Shown: one piece after another, positions 1 through 12,199 of the stretch
Layout of the letters: every line of letters begins with the position of its first letter
How positions within the stretch are numbered: position 1 is the first letter of the stretch
Assembly: GCF_001194135.2 (NCBI RefSeq)
Contig: NC_068991.1
Location: 29,646,902-29,710,901, forward strand
Source of the DNA: Octopus bimaculoides
Lineage: Eukaryota
Direction of reading: 5' to 3'
DNA length: 64,000 nt
Program-made: the position numbers and the translations under genes
The notes under the pieces: model-generated
What the model was told of the DNA's origin: nothing
The model's input: only the letters and a program-made list of their open reading frames with translations
Databases searched by the model: none

Positions 1-121
1 TATATATATCCCAACATTCCTAATGCACACAAGCACTTGCATATATATACACTCACACACACAATATATGCATAAATATATATTGGGATTTATATGAATG
101 TCGATGTATATGTATACATAC

Positions 122-154
<33 letters not shown>

Positions 155-630
155 TGTATGTATGTATGTGTGTGTGTGTGTATGTATGTATATGTGTGTG
201 TGTGTGTGTGTGTGTAATGTATGTCATTTTGCGCATGTCTTCATGCCTGTATGTGAGGCTGTGTATATATATAATACATATTCGAACGTATGTGTATTTA
301 TGCGTATGTGTGTGTGATGTAGTGTATGTATGTATGTATGTTCAAGGGAGTTCTGATGAGGTCCCCGTTCTATTTAATTTCATGTGTAAGAGTCTTTGAT
401 AAAAATGGCCATTTTTATTTTCTTTTGAAAACCTCAGAGAGCAATAATTGCATCTCTAATCTTCGTTTCCATCACTGCATTTTTTTATTTAGGGTTTTTT
501 TTTTAACTTTATAACTTATTGATCTCATCAGTGGATATTCAACTTTTCAAATCAGTCCATTATTATTTTATGTATGTGTATGTATACACATATATATATG
601 CATATATATGTATGTATGTATATATATATG

Positions 631-666
<36 letters not shown>

Positions 667-1401
667 TATATNNNNNNNNNNNNNNNNNNNNNNNNNNNNN
701 NNNNNNNNNNNNNNNNNNNNNNNNNNNNNNNNNNNNNNNNNNNNNNNNNNNNNNNNNNNNNNNNNNNNNNNNNNNNNNNNNNNNNNNNNNNNNNNNNNNN
801 NNNNNNNNNNNNNNNNNNNNNNNNNNNNNNNNNNNNNNNNNNNNNNNNNNNNNNNNNNNNNNNNNNNNNNNNNNNNNNNNNNNNNNNNNNNNNNNNNNNN
901 NNNNNNNNNNNNNNNNNNNNNNNNNNNNNNNNNNNNNNNNNNNNNNNNNNNNNNNNNNNNNNNNNNNNNNNNNNNNNNNNNNNNNNNNNNNNNNNNNNNN
1001 NNNNNNNNNNNNNNNNNNNNNNNNNNNNNNNNNNNNNNNNNNNNNNNNNNNNNNNNNNNNNNNNNNNNNNNNNNNNNNNNNNNNNNNNNNNNNNNNNNNN
1101 NNNNNNNNNNNNNNNNNNNNNNNNNNNNNNNNNNNNNNNNNNNNNNNNNNNNNNNNNNNNNNNNNNNNNNNNNNNNNNNNNNNNNNNNNNNNNNNNNNNN
1201 NNNNNNNNNNNNNNNNNNNNNNNNNNNNNNNNNNNNNNNNNNNNNNNNNNNNNNNNNNNNNNNNNNNNNNNNNNNNNNNNNNNNNNNNNNNNNNNNNNNN
1301 NNNNNNNNNNNNNNNNNNNNNNNNNNNNNNNNNNNNNNNNNNNNNNNNNNNNNNNNNNNNNNNNNNNNNNNNNNNNNNNNNNNNNNNNNNNNNNNNNNNN
1401 N

Positions 1402-1740
1402 CAGCATTCTACCTCCCACACACAGCCCCTCGTTCCCGATCACCGTTTGTTATCTCCCCCTTTCTTAGCTCTCCTGAAAAAAGAATTTCTAACTTCCGGT
1501 CAGCCATTGTTATGATCGGCCATTATTATGATTGACCGTTGACTGAACACTATTCAATTTTTTTTCTCCGTGTTTCTCTCCTTGTTTCCGTATTCTTTCT
1601 GTTGAAGAGCGTAGCTCGAAACGTCAAAGACTTTCCGTATTCCCGAACGTCATACTAATATATCCTTTTGTTATTTACACCACCTGTCCTCGTCTGTTGT
1701 TATTATTTGTATATTCTCCCATATATATATACATATATAT
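1402..1740 (+). mobile_element. 3' fragment of a Penelope-like element-derived repeat carrying an HHR-like motif (local family P1)
   Basis: Shares the block ttctgNNgaagagcgtag(g)ctcgaaacgtNaaagactttc...ccgaNcgt and the downstream tail with 42440-42620 (-) and 55160-55374 (+); ends in (TA)n. The 42.4-43.4 kb copy is linked to a GIY-YIG fragment. Confidence 0.6.
1594..1630 (+). ncRNA. Minimal type I hammerhead-like motif with variant core CUGUUGA
   Basis: Stem I TCTTT/AAAGA; core CTGTTGA; extra A; stem II GAGC-gta-GCTC; GAAA; palindromic ACGT stem III; GUC triplet. Confidence 0.55.
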
Positions 1741-1764
1741 ATGTATGTATATATTTGTGTGTCT

Positions 1765-2030
1765 GTGTTCGTCTCGTCACAATCACTTGACAACCGATGC
1801 TGGTGTGTTTATGTCCCCGTAACCTAGCGGTTCGTCAAAGAGACCGATAGAATAAGTACTAGGCTTACAAAGAATAAGTCCTGGGGTTGATTTGTTCGAT
1901 TAAAGGCNNNNNNNNNNAATAAGTACTAGGCTTACAAAGAATAAGTCCTGGGGTTGATTTGTTCGATTAAAGGCGGTGCTCCAGCATGGCTGCTGTCAAA
2001 TGACTGAAACAAGTAAAAGAATAAAAGAAT
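1765..2030 (+). mobile_element. SINE family A, 3' half
   Basis: cttgacaaccgatgctggtgtgttt...ccgatagaataagtactaggcttacaaagaataagtcctgggg...gctccagcatggc...aaatgactgaaacaagtaaaaga matches the complete copy at 48050-48470. Confidence 0.8.
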
Positions 2031-2165
2031 GTCTATGAGTGTGTATATGTGGAGGTCTGCGTGTGCATGTGTGTATGTGCGTGTGTGCGTGTGCATGTGT
2101 GTATATGTGTGTGCATGTGGGTGTATGAGTGTGCATGTGTGTTTGTGTGTGTGTGTGTATGTGTG

Positions 2166-2207
<42 letters not shown>

Positions 2208-3149
2208 TGTGTGCGTAGATTAATGTCAATTTAGAATAGAATCGTTACAGAATTTAGTTTTAACGCAGAATCAAAGAACTTCTATGATGAAATATAAAAT
2301 TAAAAGGCCAGAATTAAAATCTCTTAGAAAGATAAGATACGCCGATCTACTCCATCGATGCGCTTCTTATTATCATATATCAATTTATTTATTTGCTATT
2401 AAAAAAGAACAATTTATTTTTATTGATTTTGTCATGTTGTAAACGCCTCCGACCTAATCTTTCAAATCTCAAATATAAATGACTCGTTTAAAAATGCAAA
2501 AGTGCTTAGGTATTATGATTCAATAAATTTGTGTGTCTTTACATCAGTGCTGACTTGAGTGTGACTCAGTTCAGTTTTCGTTTGTAATAATGAAAATATT
2601 CCGTGGTTTGTGCTTGTTTATGTGATTTGTATATGTGGTTCGGTTTCGTGTCATTATGCTGTATACGCCTCAGTATGTGTGTATATGAAGTTGTGGATGT
2701 CTGTGGCCTGAAATATGATGCATGTGTCAATTATTTTGTGGTTAAAAATGTGTGAATAATGCATTTGTACACACGCGCGCGCGCACACACACACACACAC
2801 ACACATACACGTACATATTCGCATGTATGTGTGCATGAGTTGTTATATAGATATTATAGATATGAATACATATGAGTGTGTGTGTGTGTGTGCATGTTTG
2901 CTTTTTTGCGTATGTGTTTGTATTATGTATGCGTATGAGGGTACGTATGAATCATATATCAAATGTTTAATAAACGTATATTAAGTCTCACTGAACAAGT
3001 TGCAGGATCTTCGCTACCAAAGTTGGTGGATCGGGTTTTTTCAAGACTCATGATGCTTGCTTCTCCACAACCCAACAAGCAAAAACTTTATTAATTTCTG
3101 CAATGAACAGAAGAACATAACATAACATAACATAACACAACACACATGA

Positions 3150-3358
3150 AGGTGGTGAGCTGGCAGAATCGTTAGCACACCAGGTAAAATCCTTAGCGGC
3201 ATTTCGTCCGTTTTTACATCCTGAGTTCAAATTTCGCCGAGGTAACCTTATCTTCCATCTTATCGGGGTCGATAAAATAAGCACCAGTTGGTCACTGGGA
3301 TCGATCTAATCGAGTAATACCCACCACCGAAACTGCTGGCCTCTTGCCAAAATTTGAA
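3150..3358 (+). mobile_element. SINE family B (tRNA-like head, conserved gaggtcgactttgcctttcatcctttcggggtcgataaa domain)
   Basis: ggtggtgagctggcagaatcgttagcac...gagttcaaatt (B-box-like)...ggggtcgataaaataagcaccag; matches 44176-44408. Confidence 0.8.
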
Positions 3359-3861
3359 ATTAATATAACATAATACAATATATTGGGTCTCGGACGATCG
3401 ACGTGGTGGATGCAGTTGTTTGATCAAATGAAATACACACTTCTGAATTAATGTTAAAGGGGCTGACACTTGTATCTTCAACGTAATTCTCAAGCAGAAT
3501 CAGCGTGACACATCAGCTTTGCTTTTTGAATTACAAGTACAATCCACTTGAGGGAATTCTATACAGTTTCCGACAATAATTATTTTATAATAAGTTATAG
3601 TATATTAATATTTATATTGTTTTATATTCTATTTTGTAATATATTATAGTAACTTATATTCTGCTCTGTAATATACTATATTAATTTATATTCTATTCTA
3701 AATTATATTATTTCCTATTACATTATAGTACTTTATATTGTATTATTTTCCACTATATCAAATTACATTATAATAAAGTATAATATAATACATTTTATCA
3801 TATATTATAACATTTTAATTGACGCAGTATTGCTCGGTTGATTGTACAATTAATATCATAC

Positions 3862-4082
3862 AATAATGGTAGAGAGCGAGCTGGTAGAATCGTTACTGCT
3901 CCGGTCGAAATGCTTAGCAGCATTCCTTCTGACTATACGTTTTGAGTTCAAATGCCACTCAGGTCGACTTAGCCTTTCCCCCTGTCGGGGTCGATAAAGT
4001 AAGTAACATTTTGAGTACTAGGGTTGATGTAACGAACTTATTCCTTACCCCGATATTGCTTGCCTGGTACCAAACTTTGAAA
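3862..4082 (+). mobile_element. SINE family B, diverged copy
   Basis: gagctggtagaatcgttac...gagttcaaatgcc...aggtcgacttagcctttcccc..tcggggtcgataaagtaagta. Confidence 0.75.
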
Positions 4083-4316
4083 ATAATATTATTATTATGG
4101 TCCTGTTTGTCAGGCGTGAGTATTTCAGAGGGCGTGTGCTTTACCCCATGCATTTTTTTCCCTCTGAGGAGATTACATTCTAGTATGTGGACTGCCTCGA
4201 GTGTCTGTTGAAGTAACAGAATGTGTAGATGTGCAGGTAGGATTCTTTATCAATCCGTCATGTTTCTCAGTGGTGTATTGGAAGGTTCAAATGTTAATCT
4301 TTCTTTTTTTACTTGT

Positions 4317-4362
<46 letters not shown>

Positions 4363-4615
4363 ACATATATTCGTACGTATGTATGTATGTGAGTGTATAT
4401 ATGTATATACATGTGTGTGTTGTGTGTATGTTTCAGTAGCTAGACAAAATTTATATAAACATCTAATTAAAATTGCTATACATACACATAAATGTATAAA
4501 CATATATGTGTGTATATGAGAGAGAGTGTGTGTATACATATATATATATATGTGTGTGTATATGAGAGAGAGAGTGTGTGTGTATACATATATATATATG
4601 TGTGTATATATATAT

Positions 4616-4662
<47 letters not shown>

Positions 4663-4859
4663 GTATATATATATATATTTGTATGTGTGTATGTATACAC
4701 GTATGTAGGTAGGTATGTGTGAGTATATATATTCTATGTAAGTATAGTCCTTTTTAATTCATAGTAATAAAAGAAAAAAATGAAAAAGATGACGAAAAGT
4801 AATATAACAAATATAAATCGAGATAAAAAAAAAAGGAATAGAGATAAAGAAGAAAATAC

Positions 4860-5235
4860 GGAACGAAATGGTTGTCGCGCTCAGTGACACGTGAAAAGCT
4901 GGACTTTAATAAATCTTTCTTGCACTGGATGCCAAAAAGCGTAACCGTAGGCCGATCCGAGCGAAATTTATGCGAGTTTTTCGAACGACAGAAGACTGGC
5001 GCAGCACAGCGGGGTTCCTGCTGTCAGGCAACGTCTTGGCAATGAAAGTGCTCACCCGTGACTTGTAGGCTTCTTTTGTTAGAGTACGTATATAAATTAT
5101 CTCCCTTGGCGTCACTCCGACATTTTACTGTGGCTGCTTGGGCTGGTAAAGACAGACGCAGCCATATTTTTAGTGCAGCCGAACGTTTTCAAATGATACT
5201 TGATCGAAATGGCTGTCCAATGACTAAGTGAATGA
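4860..5235. promoter_or_regulatory. CpG-rich promoter-like island
   Basis: Unique CpG-rich block amid AT-rich microsatellite DNA; CACGTG near 4888, TATATAAA near 5089, TGACGCCA on the minus strand near 5108, AAATGGCTG near 5207, CCAAT near 5217. Confidence 0.3.
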
Positions 5236-5920
5236 ATGTTTAACTGTCCTGACCCCCTACTTGGGTACCATTGCTACCCTATTTTAGTCACATTTCACGC
5301 CTATGACACTTTATGTCCGTTTCAGTCATCTGCATTATGTACTTGTAATGTAATATCGACGTTGTTGAATTTTCTCTCCTTTTTTATTGTTTTATTTTTA
5401 TTGATGGTGATGGCGGTGGGGTCGTGGTTATTTATTGTTTTCCTTTTCTTTTTCTATTTTCTCGTGATTTAAAAAAAAAATTCTGTAACTTATTTTATGT
5501 GCGGATATATGTGTGTGATTGTGTGTGAGTGTGTCTATGAGAATATGCTATTAGCATGTCGATATCTGCATATGTATATGACTGTGTCTGTGCGTGTGTG
5601 TGTGTGCGTGCGCGAGCGTGTGTATGTGGATGTGTGTATCACTGAGTTGTGTATGTGTTTCTACTAAGAATATATATAAAGAAGCAAATAAAAAAGGAAA
5701 GGTCTCTCCATTCATCTCTCTGTTACACTTATATATGTATATATGTATGTATGTGTATATACACAGTTATACATGTTGATCGTAGGTATACAGGTATGTA
5801 TGGTAGCTATAGCTACTAGGAAGCGCATAAATATACATACACAGAAACAAAGACACAGAGAAAGAAAAAAATGTGAGAAACAGAAACGAGAAACAGAGAA
5901 GGAAAGTGGGAGAGGGAGTG

Positions 5921-5963
<43 letters not shown>

Positions 5964-6157
5964 GTGTGAGTGTGTGTGTGTAAGTGAGTTCAGGTTCACA
6001 CGTCTATCGAATACTTGATAAAAATGACTTAAATTATATATGGCAAAACCCCCTAGGGAAAACTGCAGTAATATATAGTATATAATTATATGTGTAAACA
6101 CGTATACATAGGCAGAGGTAAAACATTAAACAGCAGATGGGTGTGTGTGTAGGTATG

Positions 6158-6192
<35 letters not shown>

Positions 6193-6207
6193 GTATATAT
6201 ATATATG

Positions 6208-6249
<42 letters not shown>

Positions 6250-6330
6250 CATGTACTGTATATATATATGTATGTATATGTATAAATATATAAGTGTGTA
6301 TATATATGTATATGTATGTATGTAGACATG

Positions 6331-6368
<38 letters not shown>

Positions 6369-6374
6369 CGTGCG

Positions 6375-6407
<33 letters not shown>

Positions 6408-6424
6408 ATATATGTATATATATG

Positions 6425-6457
<33 letters not shown>

Positions 6458-6519
6458 ATGTATATATATATATATATGTGTATGTGTGTGTGTAGAGAGA
6501 GAGAGAGAGTGAGAAAGAT

Positions 6520-6550
<31 letters not shown>

Positions 6551-7089
6551 GACAAAGACATACGCATACAGAGGTATACGTGTGGCTCTGTGTATTTTAT
6601 GACCTACTTTTGGAGTCTTACCACTAACATTTTTCTGTAAGGAATTAAACGAGAAGCTCGGTCCTTATAATATTATTACAAACTGAGAAAGAGACAGAGC
6701 GTGAGAGAGAGAGAGGGGGGAGAAGGGAGAGAGAGATAGAAGTAAAGGAAGAACAAGAGGTACAAGAGCGAGAGAGTGTATGAACGAGAAGTATACAAGT
6801 AACAATATTATCTTATGTTTGATGATTGAGTTAATTGTGTAGTCTATGTATATAGAAGATGCAAAATGTGACTTCTCCCCCACCCACGTTTTCTTTCACT
6901 TTTCTGTCAAAATTTTCAGTTCTGACCCACGGCTGCGAAACACATATAAACTGTATCGACCAGGAATTGAACTCCCAGGCAACCATATTATAACGAATTA
7001 CATATTCCAATTCGGAAAGAACCGATGATAGAGACTCAGTGTGCTCCATTAGCAGCCAAATCTCTTTCAAATCCGTCGATACGGTCTTC

Positions 7090-9110
7090 AAAATGGGTGG
7101 ATATATTTGATATTATCCTAGTAGATAGAATATGGTTGAATATATGACAAGATGGTCACAACTTTGACGCAGTTCATCCTAGACCAATTTCATCAATGAT
7201 GTTTGGGTGCTAAACAGCAATAACACGGATGGCCTTATTTTGGATGTGGTCTGCAATGTCTGTGTGTAAACAATAGCACCGTACAAGATATGTGTGCAAT
7301 AGATTGTAGGTCTATGGTATTTGTCTGTGCAGCGACAGCAGCGCTATCTCAGATGTAAGAGCAGTAATTGATAGTTGGGTCCTTCCTGTGATGAGAACAT
7401 GAATGTCAAATTAAGTTTGGTTAAAGATCATTAGAAGCTGTTGTTGGCTGAAGTCGTTTCTGGTCTTGAAGAGAAAGACCTTTCTATTTAATGCAGTCTT
7501 TACTATGTTAAGGATCTTAAGGCCTAGCATTTGAAGTGGGCGAATGAGCTGCTATAAAGTTTTCTTGATACCCACATCCAGGGCCGTATTATCAAAAGTG
7601 TCATTCTTTTACAAGATAGTTGCATTGTTTTCCAGCAGATTTAGCTATTATACATAGCGGGTCGAACGAACAAAACGAAGCCCCTCAAGTTGTGTCTTGT
7701 TGCTGTTTAATCCCATATAAACACTGAAATATCAGACAAAAGATTTCTTACCTCACGACCTTTTAGAGACATTTAAGGTTCTATTATTTTGTTCGTCCTT
7801 TATATTTTTGTATTGTCGGTTGTTATATGTTAGAGATAAAGTGATTGTGCAGCGGCTTCTCTATTAGGTCGTAAACCGATGAGAAGCTCATGAAAAGGTG
7901 CTATGGATAAAGCCAAAAGAGATAAGATTGTGACCCAAACGCAACGAAATGCTTTCCTGTTTTGAGTGCTAGCTCAATGGTGATTGTTGTTTATTGACTC
8001 TATGTATGACATCAGTCAAAAATGTCAAAAAACAAGGTGGACATCTAATACCGACAAAAAAAGTTTCCCAAAGACATTCAAGATGGCGGTTTATGTGATT
8101 TATAACGCCTCAATAGATGACAATGTTTTTTAATGAAAAGACGAATAACTAAAACCTTTTTCAAATTATGACAAATGATTTATTATTTAAAGAACAGAGA
8201 AAGAAGTGGAGCGAGTAATCAACATAAAAACTGTAAAAACTGTGGTGTTTGAAGGTAGACAAAAATTTACAGACCAGTTTCGATACCTTGTATCACTTCA
8301 CTTATATTGTTAATTTCTTAGAAAAATAAATGAATTTATTACAACTATTTTCTTGATTTCTTCCCCCACCTAAAATGTTCAGCGTTTGTACCTAATCGTA
8401 GATGTGAACATACCGTATATGCTCTCTAATAGAAAGGTGAGGTTTTTATCCAAAAATTGTTAGACAACTCACTTTAACGAATAAGTTATTTGAAGTTGTT
8501 ACCTTTCCTTTTGCTTAAGAATTCTTATGTTTTTTGTATAAAATCTTGTTTCTCATCTCTGCTAGTTAAACTCACGACTAATGTAAATATCTTCATTCAA
8601 AAGTTTGTATCTGATACAAAAAATTTAACTGCTATAAAAAGGTGGTTACACCAATGACTTGTATCTTTGGAAATCGCGTAGCTATGTAGCCAAAGTGGCA
8701 GTCTTTCGATCGTAAAGTCGAACATTCAATTCCTTGACCGGGTGGTTGTATCCTTGAGCAGGGTACTTCATTTTACATTGCTCCAATCAAGTTAACTGCA
8801 ATGAGTACTTGCTGGGTGGTGGTGGTGGTGGTGCAGCCCACTCCCGTCCAGTTGTCCCATCCTGGAACTTCTGCTGAGAGAACTTCTGCATGGTGATTGC
8901 TAAAACACACTCGCTCGCTAATCACGACTAATTGTACATTCAATGAAGAATAATTATCAATAAATCCAGTAATTATATTATTCATGGTGCGCATTACTTA
9001 TTGATAAAGGGTGACATTGCTATCAACATTTGTGGTTGTACAAGAGGAATATCAGTTTTCTTCACGATCAGAATGTAAGCACAATCTTAATATATTTAAC
9101 ATAGTAATGC
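7090..9110 (-). mobile_element. Heavily decayed CR1/L2-group LINE (endonuclease to RT C-terminus)
   Basis: Minus-strand translation gives broken motifs: NVQLVVIS..FSNHHAEVL (endonuclease IxxGDFNxHHxxWL-like), HNLISFGFIHST (QYGFRxxRST-like), GLNSNKTQL, MLGL..VFLFKTRNDFSQQQLLMIF and DHIQNKAIRVI; many stops and frameshifts. Confidence 0.55.
8675..8800 (+). mobile_element. SINE family C fragment (tRNA head plus CORE-like segment)
   Basis: tagccaaagtggcagtctttcgatcgtaaagtcgaacattcaattcc...gtatccttgagcagggtacttcattttacattgctcca; similar to the reverse complement of 61560-61700. Confidence 0.55.
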
Positions 9111-9359
9111 AAACTATTACACGTACAAACACAGTGAATTGGCAGAACATCCGCAAAACCATGTTAGGGAATTAATTAAGACTTTATATTTTGCTCGGTC
9201 AGATCCCGCAGGTATCGATTTAACTATTTTGTTGTTTTAATGTTCATAAAAGAAGTACCGATCATATACTGGGGTAAAGTTGATATAATAATTGACAACT
9301 GATTCCCTCAAACTTTACGGGCTTGTGACTATGTTAGGAAACAATGCATGCACAAACAC

Positions 9360-9415
<56 letters not shown>

Positions 9416-10009
9416 NNNNNNNNNNNNNNNNNNNNNNNNNNNNNNNNNNNNNNNNNNNNNNNNNNNNNNNNNNNNNNNNNNNNNNNNNNNNNNNNNNNNN
9501 NNNNNNNNNNNNNNNNNNNNNNNNNNNNNNNNNNNNNNNNNNNNNNNNNNNNNNNNNNNNNNNNNNNNNNNNNNNNNNNNNNNNNNNNNNNNNNNNNNNN
9601 NNNNNNNNNNNNNNNNNNNNNNNNNNNNNNNNNNNNNNNNNNNNNNNNNNNNNNNNNNNNNNNNNNNNNNNNNNNNNNNNNNNNNNNNNNNNNNNNNNNN
9701 NNNNNNNNNNNNNNNNNNNNNNNNNTTTTGATCTATATAAATGAAGATATTTCCTCCGTCTGGTTGCTTTTCTCTTTACAAAACGGAAAGTTACATTGCG
9801 GAACAGTCATTTTAACGAGTTGTATTTACTTATTTGTCACCCGACGAGATACATCTGCACCACCGGATGCTCCTGAACCAGTTGTTGAGTGTCCCACTCA
9901 AGAGGAATCGATGCTAGATGTGTCGAAAGAATTGTCGTGATTAATGATAAATTCTCATATATTCCATCTTCCGTCTTTCATTTGTTATACATATACATAT
10001 ATATATATA

Positions 10010-10094
<85 letters not shown>

Positions 10095-10265
10095 AAACAG
10101 GAGAAAAAAGATACGAAAAACATCCAGGTGACAGTCAGAGATTAAGTTGAGGGTGAAAGACAAAAATTAGAAAAGCATTAAGAATGAAGATTAGAAAAAT
10201 TGTTTGATTAAACTATCAGATGTGATCAGATGATAAAGGAATACGAAAGGGATAGATAGAAAGAG

Positions 10266-10320
<55 letters not shown>

Positions 10321-11035
10321 GAGGGGGGGGAGACAGAGACAGAGAGACAGAGAGACAGAAAGACAGAGAGACAGAGAGAAGAGCAGTGTGATGAAGGAAG
10401 GAATGTTACGTAAATGTGTTTGAGAGAAATGTTGGAGCAGACGACCACAGGAGAAAACTATAGTAATACAAATGAAGAATGAGATTGTGAGAGAACTTTA
10501 AAGAGATACAGAGATTGTGCGTGTATATGGAGCGGGAGGGCGAGTGAGAGAAAATGTCTGAACAGACGATCAGATAAACAGACAGATTTAAGTGAGGAAA
10601 ATGGAAAGGGAAGAAGAAAATAAAGAAGACTGTATACAGGGTAGGGATGGCAACGAAAGGGCGTGAGTTCGATGGTTTAGGCAGCCATAATCGTAAAAGA
10701 TTGATGAATAAACTAGATTGAGATTAAGATTTAGATTAATTTGATAGATGTTGAGAGTAATTAATAAGCTGGTGTGGATTTGTGTCAAAAGACATGACGG
10801 TTTAATTGAATCAAATCTGCGAATGTGCGTGTGAGCAAGCGCGTGAATATGTTCATATGTGTGCGTACATAAATGTATTTTGTTGTTTAGGTGTATATGC
10901 ATGCATGTGTATGACGAATAACTCAGATATGTATAAAACGTCATAACTGTTAGCGTTCATTTGCATATGAATATGACACTTTCTATTGCTGTGTTTATTT
11001 ATATACACATGCATCTATCCGTGTGTGTGTGATAA

Positions 11036-11440
11036 GCAGGCGTAAGCGTGGATGAGTGGTAAGAAGCTTGGTTCCCAACCATATGGTTATAGGTTCAGTC
11101 CCACTGCGTGGGACCTTGGGCAAGTGTCTTCTACTACAGCCTCTGGCTATAGTAGAATGGATTTGGTAGACGGAAAATGAAAGAAGCCCGTCGTATATAC
11201 ATATATATATATATATACTGTATATATACGCATATGTTTGTTTGTCTGTATTTGTCCCCCCACCACCGTCGCTTGACAACCGATGCTGGTGTGTTTATGT
11301 CCCCGTAAATTAGCGGTTCGGCAAAAGAGACCGATAGAATAAGTACTAGTCTTCCAAAGTATAAGTTCTGGGGTCGATTTACTCGACTAAAGACGATGCT
11401 CCAGCATGGTTGACCGCAGTCAAATGACTTAAACAGATAA
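11036..11440 (+). mobile_element. SINE family A, near full length (tRNA head, CORE-like ccttgggcaagtg, internal (TA)n, 3' half)
   Basis: gtggatgagtggtaagaagcttg...ggttcagtcccactgcgtgggaccttgggcaagtgtcttc...gaaagaagcccgtcg-(TA)n-gtttgtcccc...aaatgacttaaacag. CORE-type tRNA-derived SINEs are established in octopus (OK/OR families); the exact family name is not verified. Confidence 0.9.
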
Positions 11441-11869
11441 AAAATGTATATATATATATATATATATATNNNNNNNNNNNNNNNNNNNNNNNNNNNNNNN
11501 NNNNNNNNNNNNNNNNNNNNNNNNNNNNNNNNNNNNNNNNNNNNNNNNNNNNNNNNNNNNNNNNNNNNNNNNNNNNNNNNNNNNNNNNNNNNNNNNNNNN
11601 NNNNNNNNNNNNNNNNNNNNNNNNNNNNNNNNNNNNNNNNNNNNNNNNNNNNNNNNNNNNNNNNNNNNNNNNNNNNNNNNNNNNNNNNNNNNNNNNNNNN
11701 NNNNNNNNNNNNNNNNNNNNNNNNNNNNNNNNNNNNNNNNNNNNNNNNNNNNNNNNNNNNNNNNNNNNNNNNNNNNNNNNNNNNNNNNNNNNNNNNNNNN
11801 NNNNNNNNNNNNNNNNNNNNNNNNNNNNNNNNCGTGCGTGTGTGTGTGTGTGTGTGTGTGTGAGTGTGT

Positions 11870-11965
11870 GTCAGTTAGCTCCCCTCCATCGTTTAACAAC
11901 CGTGACTTAGCGGTTCGGTAAAGAGACCGATAGAATAAGTACTAGGCTTACAAAGAATAAGTCCT
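11870..11965 (+). mobile_element. SINE family A, 3' half fragment
   Basis: gacttagcggttcggtaaagagaccgatagaataagtactaggcttacaaagaataagtcct. Confidence 0.7.
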
Positions 11966-11989
11966 TCGGTCTGGGTGGAAGGACAAGCA

Positions 11990-11999
11990 CAGACACACA

Positions 12000-12051
<52 letters not shown>

Positions 12052-12198
12052 CGACGGGCTTCTTTCAGTTTCTGTCTACCAAATCCAACCACAGAGCTTT
12101 GGTCGGCCCGAGGTTATAGCAGAAGACACTTGCCGAAGGTGTCACGCAGTGGAACTGAACCCGGAACCATGTGGTTGGGAAGCAAGCGTCATACTACA
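11990..12198 (-). mobile_element. SINE family A, 5' half
   Basis: cgacgggcttctttcagtttctgtctaccaaatcc...gaagacacttgcc..aggtg...gaacccggaaccatgtggttgggaagcaagc is the reverse complement of the family A head. Confidence 0.85.
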
Positions 12199-12199
12199 C

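Noticed and set aside
349-372. CTGATGA followed by ggtcccc
   Set aside because: No GAAA at a position that closes a stem II; not a hammerhead.
1852-1977. Exact duplication of about 57 bp on either side of a 10-N gap
   Set aside because: Typical unmerged contig overlap (assembly artefact), not a biological repeat.
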